A DNA stretch of 64,000 bases from Fidelibacterota bacterium SCGC AAA298-D23 (GTDB taxonomy: Bacteria > Fidelibacterota > Marinisomatia > Marinisomatales > Marinisomataceae). Both the position numbers and the translations under genes were made by a program. The stretch is from contig AQSI01000001.1 of NCBI GenBank assembly GCA_000402655.1, forward strand, positions 46,760 to 110,759. The letters are read 5' to 3'. The notes under the pieces were generated by a model that had not been told where the DNA came from, did no database searches, and worked only from the letters and a program-made list of their open reading frames with translations. The stretch's first letter is position 1, and each line of letters starts with the position of its first letter. Positions 28,511 through 38,621 of this stretch are shown piece by piece.

Positions 28511-29245
28511 ATTTTCTAAATAGCTTTTCATCCCCTGATATGCTCTTTCTTCTCGCTTATATGGTCTATCTAGAGTTACTCCCAATTTAAATAATTCAAT
28601 CGCCTTTTGTTCATTATTAAGCTTTAAATGAGTTTTTCCGAGCCAGTAATAAGTACCAATATAATCAGAATTTCTTTCTAAACTTTTTTCAAAAAAATAC
28701 TGTGCTTCTTCAAAAGATCCTTTTGGAGGTTCTGAAAATAAAATTGAAGCTATTCTTCTTGATGCTCTTCCTAAATCTGCTAATTTGTAGTGCCACTGTC
28801 CCATAATACTATAACAAAACTCATCATCAGGTAAAAGATTGATAACTTTTAAAGCAATATTTTTGATATTTTTTGAATGCTCAATTTGATTGCGAATAGT
28901 ATCTTCTTCAACTGTTTTTCCTAAGGTAATAACATACCATTTTAGTATATCAGGATTATCAGGTTCGATGTTAAATGCTTTTAGAGCATACTCAAATGCT
29001 CTTAAAGCATTGTCCTTATCTAAGTTTTTTTTCATTGCTGACTCAGACAAGTAGTGATGAGTAATTGACAATCTCAAAAGAACATCAGTATTTTGAGGGT
29101 ATTTATTATGGAGTTGCTCAAGAGGTGCTTGAGCTTTATCAAACTCGAGATTAGTAAGCTTAATATCAATATCTTTAAAATCTTGACCGGTAATTAGTGA
29201 AGATAAAATGATTCCTATAAATAGATTTTTCAAAGAAATAATCAA
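28505..29245 (-). CDS. Exported TPR-repeat protein
   Basis: 246 aa with a TTG start overlapping the upstream stop (TTGA). Signal peptide MIISLKNLFIGIILSSLITG|QDF. TPR-like helical repeats (YYWLGKTHLKLNNEQKAIELF). Confidence 0.6.
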   Translation of the reverse strand: MIISLKNLFIGIILSSLITGQDFKDIDIKLTNLEFDKAQAPLEQLHNKYPQNTDVLLRLSITHHYLSESAMKKNLDKDNALRAFEYALKAFNIEPDNPDILKWYVITLGKTVEEDTIRNQIEHSKNIKNIALKVINLLPDDEFCYSIMGQWHYKLADLGRASRRIASILFSEPPKGSFEEAQYFFEKSLERNSDYIGTYYWLGKTHLKLNNEQKAIELFKLGVTLDRPYKREERAYQGMKSYLENL

Positions 29246-30270
29246 GGATAAAATCTATAGATTACTGGCTGATGATCTGATATTCTATTTGATACATTGG
29301 AATTGGATGCGCCTGTTTGAGTTGGTAAAGCAATTACTTCTACGGACGATGTTGTTTGATATGAAAACAAAGGTTCATTAATAATAATATGATCTAAATG
29401 AGATGCATCATATGAACTTGTCCAGCCTTGCCAAGAATAGCCACTAGCAGGCCCTTGAAGAATATTTAAATCTGTTAATCTAAAAGAATCAGCAGAATCA
29501 AAAGATTCAGAATCAGTAAAGGGGCTTAAAGTTGGATTAGTTATACTTTGAGCACCAACATTATTAAAATCTCCAACCAATATCACATTATCATTTTCTC
29601 TATTATTAATTAAATAATCTGTTAAAAGAAGGCTTGCATGATGTCTTCTGGTTGCTTCGTTGGTTAAATCAGAAGCATCGTAATTATCATTTCCACAACA
29701 CTTATAATGAACATTTATTACATAAAGATTCATAGATTTAGTACCGTCGGTCCAAGTTATGTAGCTTTCCATTGGAGGTCTACTTGCGAACTGATATAAT
29801 TTGCAATTTAGGTAATCACCATTACATCCACTTGATGAATTTGAAGTATCAGCCCATAATTCATTTTTTGATACGTATGTAATGTTTTCATTCTTATAGA
29901 CAAGAGCAAAGCCAAGATTGCCTGACTCTTCATCCACAACATATGAATAATCTGTCATTGAATTAACCATGCTTATTAACTCAGATTCACTGGAAATTTC
30001 TTGCAGTAAATAAACATCAGCATTCCATTTTTCTAGTAAAGATTTAACCTGTTCTTTGGTAGAACTATGCTGAGGAAATTGTCTAATATTCCACGTAACA
30101 ATTTCAACTTGGTTAGATAAACCATAATCTACAGCATTTGGAAATTCGTAAGGATTTGTGTTATCTCCATTACCATTATCATCTCCAGAATCTGTAGTGG
30201 GTGAGCTGCCACCACTTGAGCATGCTAAAATAATCATAACAAGTAAATATTTATTTAATGATTTAATCAT
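29242..30270 (-). CDS. Endonuclease/exonuclease/phosphatase (EEP) family lipoprotein
   Basis: 342 aa with lipobox ILACS and a Gly/Ser/Asp/Asn linker. EEP motifs: VTWNIRQF, YLLQE, LVGDFN, SDHQPV. Confidence 0.8.
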   Translation of the reverse strand: MIKSLNKYLLVMIILACSSGGSSPTTDSGDDNGNGDNTNPYEFPNAVDYGLSNQVEIVTWNIRQFPQHSSTKEQVKSLLEKWNADVYLLQEISSESELISMVNSMTDYSYVVDEESGNLGFALVYKNENITYVSKNELWADTSNSSSGCNGDYLNCKLYQFASRPPMESYITWTDGTKSMNLYVINVHYKCCGNDNYDASDLTNEATRRHHASLLLTDYLINNRENDNVILVGDFNNVGAQSITNPTLSPFTDSESFDSADSFRLTDLNILQGPASGYSWQGWTSSYDASHLDHIIINEPLFSYQTTSSVEVIALPTQTGASNSNVSNRISDHQPVIYRFYP

Positions 30271-31174
30271 AGATGTAATTTAATAATAAAGTTCCAACTT
30301 GTTGCAAGCTTTGTGGAGAGCAATTTTCCGGAATATCGTTTTGAGTATGCCAATGATTATAAAATATATTAGGGTAATCAAAATCAATAATATCAATTGC
30401 TGGTATTTGAGCGTTTTCCCATAGAGGAACATGATCATCATAAATTTCATAGCCAATTCTATACTCAAAAGCGCTGAGACCTAGCTCATCTGCTAAGTTC
30501 CAAATTTCTTTAACCATTTCCGGGCTGGTTTGATAAGAAAATCGTTCAATGGGTAATTTTAAATATTTATCACCTACCATATCCACTATGATTGCGGATT
30601 TTGGTTTCTCAATTGGTAAATTTTTTGAAAAATATTCTGAACCCATTGCAAAAGTATATGGCTGTCCATTAATTCCAACATCCTCAGCGTCAAAAAAAAC
30701 TAAATCAACTCCAATTGGAGGTTTATTTTTTGAAAATATTGTTGCAAGCTCCATTAAAATTGCTGTACCGCTTGCACCATCATTAGCACCTAAGACAGGA
30801 ATAGAATGTTTTTCTTTATCTGGATCTTCATCTGAAAAGGATCTTGTATCCCAATGTGCACCAATTAGTAATCTTTCCTTTGATTCAACATTAAATCTAG
30901 CAACAAAGTTCTTACCATCTCTTTCAATGTTGGTTAAATGTTCTAAGTATGAAAACTCTTGAATTATTAATTCAGATGAAAACATATTCAAATATTCCTC
31001 TAAATAATTACTAAACTCTTTATGACCAATTGATCCAGGATTTCTCGGGCCAAAATCACATTGGTCAACTAGATGCTGGAAAGCTCTATTATGATCAAAT
31101 TGTGGTATACTTTTTTCAACACTATTAGTTGAACAACCAGCTAAAAATAATATGATTATAAATAAACTTTTCAT
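30263..31174 (-). CDS. M28-fold zinc lipoprotein, glutaminyl-peptide cyclotransferase (type II QC)-like
   Basis: 303 aa with lipobox FLAGCS. GAHWDTRSFSDEDPDKEKHSIPVLGANDGASGTAILMELA and LVFFDAEDVG match my recollection of Bacteroidetes QC (PgQC-like) rather than double-zinc aminopeptidases. Start shares 1 nt with the sprA stop (TAATG). Confidence 0.7.
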   Translation of the reverse strand: MKSLFIIILFLAGCSTNSVEKSIPQFDHNRAFQHLVDQCDFGPRNPGSIGHKEFSNYLEEYLNMFSSELIIQEFSYLEHLTNIERDGKNFVARFNVESKERLLIGAHWDTRSFSDEDPDKEKHSIPVLGANDGASGTAILMELATIFSKNKPPIGVDLVFFDAEDVGINGQPYTFAMGSEYFSKNLPIEKPKSAIIVDMVGDKYLKLPIERFSYQTSPEMVKEIWNLADELGLSAFEYRIGYEIYDDHVPLWENAQIPAIDIIDFDYPNIFYNHWHTQNDIPENCSPQSLQQVGTLLLNYIYD

Positions 31175-34100
31175 TATCCTCTTATTGCAACATTTAAGTT
31201 AATACCAAAATCTCTATCAATTCTTCTTCCAGTGAGGCGGGTATCGGTTTGTCTATATTCATAAAATAAACTTCCAGTTATATCATCTGTTAATGTATAA
31301 GTAATTCTTAAAACACTTTTTTGAGTATTTGTAAAATTTTGTTCCACAAAATTAATTTTATCCTTTGATCCCTCTTCTGTTTTATTTGAAAAGTCTAAGT
31401 TTAAGCTAATATTCATATTATTTCTTAGATAAATATTTCTTTCAGAAAATGGAAGGGGAAAACGAATTCCTTTTGAAAAATTATATGTCAATGTCGCAAG
31501 AATACTGTTATCAGAAATATATGTTAAACCGTTTGCAACTTCATCTAATGTATGGGTTATATTACTCCTTAAATTTGTTGAAATTCCATTATTAAATGTA
31601 GTGCTAATTCCAATCAAAGGTGAAAATGACCTTGATATCCTTGAGAATTGTAAATAATCATCATTACCATTTTCAAAAGATGAGATGTTGAAAAGATTTA
31701 TAGGCATGATGCCTTGTTCATTAAACTTCCATGATAAATTTTGCTTACCAGAAAAAGAATGTTCTAATGACATTGAACTAACATATGGCTTTATAAAACT
31801 AATCTTTTCAAGCCCGCCAACTCTAAAAGACCAATTTGAAAATGGAAATCCTTTTGATAAATAACTTCCAAATCCAATATAATCTCTTGTGGTCGAACGA
31901 ATATCTATATTATATCCATTGATATTAGATGATACACTTTCATTAAAGGAAATCATTAATGATGATTGAGGATTAAATCGTATACCTGTTCTGGCTGAAA
32001 ATGATTTTTTTATATCTTCATTACCTGTATTCAACCCAACTTCGGAGATTGAATCTAATCCAAGATCATCCTTAAACCCTAGACGATATGATAGTGGAAT
32101 TTTGCCATCTATTCCATTAGAAATCTTTGTGGTTATATTAGTAATATTGATTGTAAGAGGCTCAATCTTCTTGGATTCATTATATATTCTTTCAAGAGCA
32201 AAATTATTTTCAAGAGACTTTTTTTGATCCTTTTGAAGATTCTTTTTGTCTTCCTTCTTATTTTCATCTTCGGCGTCAAAACTTGCTAATCCTCTGGACC
32301 TCGTTCGTGATGGCGTCTTTGTTGATTCTCTCTTTGAAACCGGGGTATAAAATATTTCTATAACTTCTGTTGGAGATATAGAAAAATTAACACCTGAATT
32401 TCTTACTAAATTTAAATTTGCTGCGTCATATATACCATTTCTAGGCTGAATCCACGCATAATTTGTATTATATGTGAAATTAGGTTTAAACCAACTCAGC
32501 CATTGAGGGCTAAAAGTGTAGTTTAAAGTTTCATTAATATTTGTTAATGCACCAACTTTTAGTTGATTTAAAACTTCGTCTCGGTAATCTGACATGTCAC
32601 TTTTAATATTTTTTGTATAATTCAATTGAGTATTATCGAATACCTTATAATTAACAGTAAATCTTCTTTCTAGTCCCAAACTAAAATCTTCAATTAGTTC
32701 AGAATTCCTTCTTGATATTTTTTCAGATAGGTTTCTGTTTACGCGAATTCCGGTTGTAAATGTTGATGGTGTGTAAAAGAATCTTGTTTCACTCAATTTC
32801 TCTCCAATGATTGGGAAATTCTCAGTCCACTTAAAGGCCTCAATATAATTATCACTTGGAAATCTTAAATTATAATCAACATTAGTATTTATCTTGTTAA
32901 CATCTACTGACTCCATAATTGAGTCAGATTTTTTTTGAGTTGAAACATTAAATCCTGCGCTAAGGTTATCTACTGAATATTTAATAAATGGGTTTTCCGA
33001 CTTAACCCTCTTTGAAATTTTACCTGTAAGATTGATTGTTGAAGATTTTACCATTACAGAATCTGGAGGAGAATTATTTGTTCTTATATCTGTTCCTGGA
33101 AAATATTTTGGTGAGTTATTAATTAAATTATAGCTAGTGGTTACAGGAAAAGAAATTCCAAGGGAGCTAGGGAAGAAGTTACCAAGCTGAAAATTGTTAT
33201 TAAAAGTAAAATTTTCTACAGTCTGATTTGTTCCAATTCTTTCTTGAAGAACGTGAAAGTCTGCATCCTTTCTACTATAAGTAAATGTGCTTTGACTTAA
33301 GTCAGATAGATTAAATTTTGACTTAAGTCTTACTGCAGTTCCTGTTTCTTTTTTTACACCACTCAGCCTAAGTTCATCTAACCAAATTTCACCAGTTATG
33401 GGGTGATCAGAATCATTTTCTACCCCAACAATAAAATATTGTAATCTTGAAAGAGAAGGGTTTCCAATAATTTCAACATTTTTATAAATAGCACTGTTGT
33501 CATCAATGAAACTATACTCCTTATAGCTTAATGAATCAGTAAATGAATCATTTGAATTGAGTAAATTAATGGTATCATCAGTTTCATTTTTTAGCGAAGT
33601 GAGCCAATTAAGATCTAAATCAATTTCATTTCTTTTTAATTCTTCATCCCAATTATCATATACAGGTTTAGTAATTTTATAATACTCATCGCCGTTACCG
33701 AATTGAATGAAAAATTTTAAATCAGTTTCCTCATTTGAAGCAAAATCACTATTTCCGTATACAAACATTTTCATGCGATCATACATTAGATAACTTTGAC
33801 CCTTTTTTTCATCCATTGCTAGAATTTTTTTTGCCGCACCCTTGTAATTAGGATCTAGATTTTCAAATTGCAATACCAACGATTGTTCTTTTGATCTAAT
33901 TTGATTTATCTCGTCATATTCACCAAAAACCCCTTTTGGTGGTACATAATTTGGATTATCTTCATCATTGATTACTGAAACTATGAATGTGCTATCCTGT
34001 ACTGTGTAAGATTCAGTATCTGCAAGTGATGTTCCAAGTTCTTGCCAAGCATTACCAACTAATTCAATTTTAGCAATTTCTAATTTAGTTTCTTCCGTGA

Positions 34101-37100
34101 TACCAGATACAACTAATCTCACAGATTTTATTTCACTTAAAGATATGTCCTGGATTTTATCAAAATGGCTTAATGGAACTCTAATTAATTTCCAACCTGT
34201 TTTTATACCATCTACTTCAGTTGAACCTGCAACATAAGTGCTATCATTTAAAGATATTGTTTTAGTAAAGTAGTCATTGGTTCTATCTAAAAATCCTGAC
34301 TTATCTAAATCTTCAGTATCAGGATATTTACCACCTGTTTGAATTCTGTCACCTGTACCATTTCCTTCCGTACCATTGACTTTTTCATAATTTGAACTAC
34401 CTTCTGAATAATCCCAATCATCTCCATTAGGATCATTTGAATCGACATCTAAAGAGGCATTTATTAATTCGGTTTCTCCATTTGCAAAATATTCAAGGTA
34501 AGAAAGTCCTGATGGATCCAAACATCCTCCAAAACCATCTTCATATTCATTAAAACAACCATCTAACCCAGTATCTTCATTTTCTTCCAAAAATCCATTT
34601 CCTAGTGCCAACCCAGCTTCAGGTACATCTTCAGTATTCAAAATACCATTTCCATTATAATCTTCACTAATTTTTCCTAAATCAATTGTTAAATTTCCTT
34701 CATCACCCCTTAGCCAAATTTCAAAAAATCTTGTTCTTGTTTGATCATAATCTCCTATGAACATCGGAGTTATAATGCCTGCCCACAACGAGTCTGGATC
34801 AACTGACGATTGAAATTCTTTTGGCTTGTATTTTAAAACCAAAACATCCGTTGTAAGATTTTGTGCTCTTTGTGATGTAGAAACATTAGGCCAAATATTA
34901 TTAGTAAGTACCTGAGAATAGGGATTATACCAAAACATATTTAATCTATTTCTTTGGTCATACTCCTGGTTGTTAGATATATTGATAGGTGCAGAGGAAA
35001 TATTCCAAAAACGTCTCAAAATTGAAGGATTTGTTACTCTTTTTGATCCTTCAAAATCGTCAATGAAAGCTACCCCGTTACCATCTCCTGTCCTAGGATT
35101 TGATATTGAATTTGGATTAGGTAAAACTTGTGCTATCTCACCTTCAATTGAAAAGTTTGATAACTTATTAGCATTTAAAAAACTAAATTGATTTAATCGA
35201 GCAGATAAATTATCTAAATCCTTTTCATATCTACCATTAATATCCCAGATGAAATTTTGAATTGGTTCATAGCCTACTTCAACTTTTTTGTTTACAATAT
35301 CTTGATCATAATAAAGAGCTGTAAGTCCTAAAAATGACTTTTCATCAAAATCAATTTGTGCTCTAGAACCAACCATAATTTTTCTATCAAACGTAACAAG
35401 ATCATGTTTATCATAAGAAATCTCTAAATCACTATTTGGATCAATATCTCCTGTTAGCATTATTATTCCGGAAAAATAATCAATTTGATAATCGGTACCT
35501 TTTTCAAGCTTTTCGCCATTTGAAAGTATTTCTTCACTTCCTTCAACCAAGGTGAAACCTAAACTAATAGTTGATTTAGGATTAGTATAATTAGCGTTAA
35601 TTGTGAATCTTGAATCTCCAGTGTATTCTGTTCTATTAGAAGTAGTATACATTTTTCCTTGCTGTAAAAACTCTGATAATTCGCTATTATCATTACCCCC
35701 ATTAATAACATCATTTGAAACAAATGGTAATAAAGCAGGTAGATGAATTTCTCCGGTTACCAAATTAACTATATTTGGGTTATTGTAATCAATAACTTCA
35801 TCAGGTGATGAGGCTCCTGATTGATTAAAACTATCTAATCCAAAAAGATTTAAGAATGTGCTACCATTTTCAGTTCTATCGCTTACTGGCGTTGAAAAAT
35901 TATCAGTAATATTTACTTCAAGACTCTGGGAATCAACATTGGTTGAACCCATTGAATAAACATTTTTAAACATTAAATCCCATGCTGGATGATTTGGATG
36001 TGATGATTGAGCTTTAATCATTTTAAGAGTTAACGTTGGATTTTCAATAGAAACTCCTTCACCTATTTGAACGATTATTTGTCCTGTATTTCTATCTGCA
36101 AGTTGATAATGGGCAGCAATGATTTCATTCTGTAAAGAACTTTGCATTCTTATAAATCCTAAATCTTCATTGATACTATAATCTGTACCTCTATCTAATT
36201 TAATGAAAGCTCCCTCCTTACTTTCATCCGCAAATTCTGATGTATTATTAGGATTTATATAGGCAATTCCAGGATCTGCTTGTGGATTATTTGATGCATC
36301 AATCTTATATAATTCAAAGTTTTTAACAACAACATTTCCAATTGGGTGTAAACCATTGACAAGAGGATAATAAGATGGTATTGCTAGAGTAAAACCACTT
36401 TCATCAATTGTATCAGTTGAACCATTTCTAAACCATTCATGAATGAAGAAGTAAAGATTTTTTTTATAGTCATAATCTTGAATTTGATTTTCTTTTAATT
36501 CTGAAGTTCCTCTGTATCTTTGAGACTGTTTTTTGGTCTTTTCTAAAGAAGCAATACTAGTAATGTTTACTGGTCCAAGCTTTGATAATGCCTTAACCCC
36601 AAATAAGCCATTATTTTTCCCAGAAAAAGTTACAAATTCTGTTGAAGGTAATGACAAAGAAATATTTCCCATCTCCAGTCTTTGTAAAATATCATCCTCT
36701 TCTCCCTGATAATCAACTCTAATAGTATTTTCCCAATCAAAATCACGTTCTGAATTTTGATCTAAAGATACAGTGATACGTTCTCCAACTTTTCCCTGTA
36801 CATTAAGTTGCTGCTTTTGATCAAATTTAAAATTTGTTTTTTCTTGTTCCCTGTAAGAGGAGCGTACTAGCTCTTGATCTTGATTGACTAACTTACCTGA
36901 TAAATTAATGTTACCTTGAACCCTTAAAGATGCTCTTCCCAAAGCACCTAAATCTATATCTGCAATCTGCATAAATCTGTCTGTTTTTTTATCGATGGTA
37001 GTATCTGATGCAGCTATAGAAAAAGGTTTAGAAAGGTTAAATTTCTGATTTGAAGAAATTAAAAAATTAATATAATTATCAAAAGTTGAGACATAAGGAA

Positions 37101-37344
37101 GTGAGGTATTTGTATTTAATATTCTTTCATTTATTATGATTTTATCAAAAGATGAATTAAAAGAAACATTATATTCTAAAAATTTTTTATCAACTTTGAA
37201 GATTCCTATAGGATAATTTGATATATCACTGAGTGAATAATTTGTTTTTTTAGAATTGATGAAAGGATCAAACGTAATTTCTTTTACAATGCTATTGCTA
37301 AAAAGAACTCCAATCAAACAAACAAAGATGATCAGCTTCTTCAT
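31174..37344 (-). CDS. sprA: Type IX secretion system translocon SprA (Sov)
   Basis: 2056 aa with a signal peptide and beta-rich outer-membrane composition. The N-terminal block YQGEEDDILQRLEMGNISLSLPS...GLFGVKALSKLGPVNITSIASLEKTKKQS matches the conserved SprA segment (EDxIIxxIEAGNVSMPL...LFGVK). Confidence 0.85.
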   Translation of the reverse strand: MKKLIIFVCLIGVLFSNSIVKEITFDPFINSKKTNYSLSDISNYPIGIFKVDKKFLEYNVSFNSSFDKIIINERILNTNTSLPYVSTFDNYINFLISSNQKFNLSKPFSIAASDTTIDKKTDRFMQIADIDLGALGRASLRVQGNINLSGKLVNQDQELVRSSYREQEKTNFKFDQKQQLNVQGKVGERITVSLDQNSERDFDWENTIRVDYQGEEDDILQRLEMGNISLSLPSTEFVTFSGKNNGLFGVKALSKLGPVNITSIASLEKTKKQSQRYRGTSELKENQIQDYDYKKNLYFFIHEWFRNGSTDTIDESGFTLAIPSYYPLVNGLHPIGNVVVKNFELYKIDASNNPQADPGIAYINPNNTSEFADESKEGAFIKLDRGTDYSINEDLGFIRMQSSLQNEIIAAHYQLADRNTGQIIVQIGEGVSIENPTLTLKMIKAQSSHPNHPAWDLMFKNVYSMGSTNVDSQSLEVNITDNFSTPVSDRTENGSTFLNLFGLDSFNQSGASSPDEVIDYNNPNIVNLVTGEIHLPALLPFVSNDVINGGNDNSELSEFLQQGKMYTTSNRTEYTGDSRFTINANYTNPKSTISLGFTLVEGSEEILSNGEKLEKGTDYQIDYFSGIIMLTGDIDPNSDLEISYDKHDLVTFDRKIMVGSRAQIDFDEKSFLGLTALYYDQDIVNKKVEVGYEPIQNFIWDINGRYEKDLDNLSARLNQFSFLNANKLSNFSIEGEIAQVLPNPNSISNPRTGDGNGVAFIDDFEGSKRVTNPSILRRFWNISSAPINISNNQEYDQRNRLNMFWYNPYSQVLTNNIWPNVSTSQRAQNLTTDVLVLKYKPKEFQSSVDPDSLWAGIITPMFIGDYDQTRTRFFEIWLRGDEGNLTIDLGKISEDYNGNGILNTEDVPEAGLALGNGFLEENEDTGLDGCFNEYEDGFGGCLDPSGLSYLEYFANGETELINASLDVDSNDPNGDDWDYSEGSSNYEKVNGTEGNGTGDRIQTGGKYPDTEDLDKSGFLDRTNDYFTKTISLNDSTYVAGSTEVDGIKTGWKLIRVPLSHFDKIQDISLSEIKSVRLVVSGITEETKLEIAKIELVGNAWQELGTSLADTESYTVQDSTFIVSVINDEDNPNYVPPKGVFGEYDEINQIRSKEQSLVLQFENLDPNYKGAAKKILAMDEKKGQSYLMYDRMKMFVYGNSDFASNEETDLKFFIQFGNGDEYYKITKPVYDNWDEELKRNEIDLDLNWLTSLKNETDDTINLLNSNDSFTDSLSYKEYSFIDDNSAIYKNVEIIGNPSLSRLQYFIVGVENDSDHPITGEIWLDELRLSGVKKETGTAVRLKSKFNLSDLSQSTFTYSRKDADFHVLQERIGTNQTVENFTFNNNFQLGNFFPSSLGISFPVTTSYNLINNSPKYFPGTDIRTNNSPPDSVMVKSSTINLTGKISKRVKSENPFIKYSVDNLSAGFNVSTQKKSDSIMESVDVNKINTNVDYNLRFPSDNYIEAFKWTENFPIIGEKLSETRFFYTPSTFTTGIRVNRNLSEKISRRNSELIEDFSLGLERRFTVNYKVFDNTQLNYTKNIKSDMSDYRDEVLNQLKVGALTNINETLNYTFSPQWLSWFKPNFTYNTNYAWIQPRNGIYDAANLNLVRNSGVNFSISPTEVIEIFYTPVSKRESTKTPSRTRSRGLASFDAEDENKKEDKKNLQKDQKKSLENNFALERIYNESKKIEPLTINITNITTKISNGIDGKIPLSYRLGFKDDLGLDSISEVGLNTGNEDIKKSFSARTGIRFNPQSSLMISFNESVSSNINGYNIDIRSTTRDYIGFGSYLSKGFPFSNWSFRVGGLEKISFIKPYVSSMSLEHSFSGKQNLSWKFNEQGIMPINLFNISSFENGNDDYLQFSRISRSFSPLIGISTTFNNGISTNLRSNITHTLDEVANGLTYISDNSILATLTYNFSKGIRFPLPFSERNIYLRNNMNISLNLDFSNKTEEGSKDKINFVEQNFTNTQKSVLRITYTLTDDITGSLFYEYRQTDTRLTGRRIDRDFGINLNVAIRG

Positions 37345-37347
37345 TTA

Positions 37348-37935
37348 TTATAAGTCTCTAATTTTTGTCACAAACTTCTTAATAGCTAGTCCTCTGTGAC
37401 TAATGTTATTTTTTTGTTTATTATTCATTTGAGCAAGTGTCATATTAAACTTTTCAGAAAAGAAAATTGGATCATATCCGAAACCATTACTTCCAACTTT
37501 ACTCTTTGTAATTTTGCCCTCTAAAACGCCTTCCACATGAAAATCATTAATTCCATCAACATATGATATTATTGTACGAAACCTTGCTGTTCGTAGGTGA
37601 CTTTCAACACCTTCTAAGTTTTGTAATAGTTTTTGCATATTGTCTTCATAAGTAGCTTTATTTCCTGCATATCTTGCAGTATATAGTCCAGGATCTCCGT
37701 TTAAAGCATCAACTTCTAAAATTGTATCATCTGCAACTGAAGCAATTTTACTGAAATTGAAGCAAGCCCTTGACTTTATAAACGAATTTTCTTCGATAGT
37801 GTTTCCATCTTCAATTATTTCTCCAATTTCAGGAAAATCTTTTAAAGATAGAATATTATCAAAAAACGGTTGAATCTTTATAGAAATTTCAGATATTTTG
37901 TGTTTATTTGAAGAAGCTATAACAATTTTTTTCAC
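37348..37935 (-). CDS. rdgB: dITP/XTP pyrophosphatase (RdgB/HAM1)
   Basis: 195 aa with IASSNKHKISE and GFGYDPIF motifs. Sits 3 nt upstream of sprA. Confidence 0.9.
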   Translation of the reverse strand: MKKIVIASSNKHKISEISIKIQPFFDNILSLKDFPEIGEIIEDGNTIEENSFIKSRACFNFSKIASVADDTILEVDALNGDPGLYTARYAGNKATYEDNMQKLLQNLEGVESHLRTARFRTIISYVDGINDFHVEGVLEGKITKSKVGSNGFGYDPIFFSEKFNMTLAQMNNKQKNNISHRGLAIKKFVTKIRDL

Positions 37936-38005
37936 TTCTTAAACTAAGAAATATTTATGTGTTTTTTAAATAACTAATATTGCTTAGCTTTTCGAACATT
38001 TTATA

Positions 38006-38078
<73 letters not shown>

Positions 38079-38087
38079 CTTTCAGTT

Positions 38088-38621
38088 ATGAATTTGGATA
38101 AAAAAAATATATTACTTTTAGTATTAGTTGTACTTTTCATTGTATTTATTGGTTCGTTCTTAAGACAACCTAAAATTTATACTTTCTATAAAGAACAATT
38201 TGTACCAAGTGATATGGATACTGTTTTTGAATTTTTTTCTAGACCTGAAAACCTTGAAAAAATTACTCCAACATCAATGGGTTTTAATATTATAACACCA
38301 TCTCCAATTGAAATGAAAGAAGGTGCTATAATCGATTATACTGTCAAAATTATGGGAGTTCCAATGCGGTGGAGAACAATGATTACAAGCTATAAGAAAA
38401 ACGAATATTTTGTTGATGAACAATTAAAGGGTCCTTATAGCTATTGGCACCATAGGCATTCATTCAAAGAAGTTGAAGGTGGTGTACTAATCATTGATGA
38501 AATTACTTATGCTCTACCCATCCAAGCGTTTAGAAAAATTGTACATCCAGTCCTCATTAAGCCTCAAATAGAGCAAATCTTTAATTTCAGATTTAAAACT
38601 ATTCAAGATAAATTCAAATAA
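38088..38621 (+). CDS. SRPBCC-superfamily (START/polyketide-cyclase-like) protein with N-terminal TM anchor
   Basis: The track ORF start at 38049 lies inside the tRNA. The ATG at 38088 gives 177 aa (MNLDKKNILLLVLVVLF...). FEFFSRPENLEKITP...GPYSYWHHRHSF is typical of the COG4276-type SRPBCC family. Confidence 0.7.
   Translation: MNLDKKNILLLVLVVLFIVFIGSFLRQPKIYTFYKEQFVPSDMDTVFEFFSRPENLEKITPTSMGFNIITPSPIEMKEGAIIDYTVKIMGVPMRWRTMITSYKKNEYFVDEQLKGPYSYWHHRHSFKEVEGGVLIIDEITYALPIQAFRKIVHPVLIKPQIEQIFNFRFKTIQDKFK

Noticed and set aside
30549-30962. 137-aa plus-strand ORF inside the QC-like gene
   Set aside because: It is antisense to a gene with clear M28/QC motifs. No start context or domain is recognisable.
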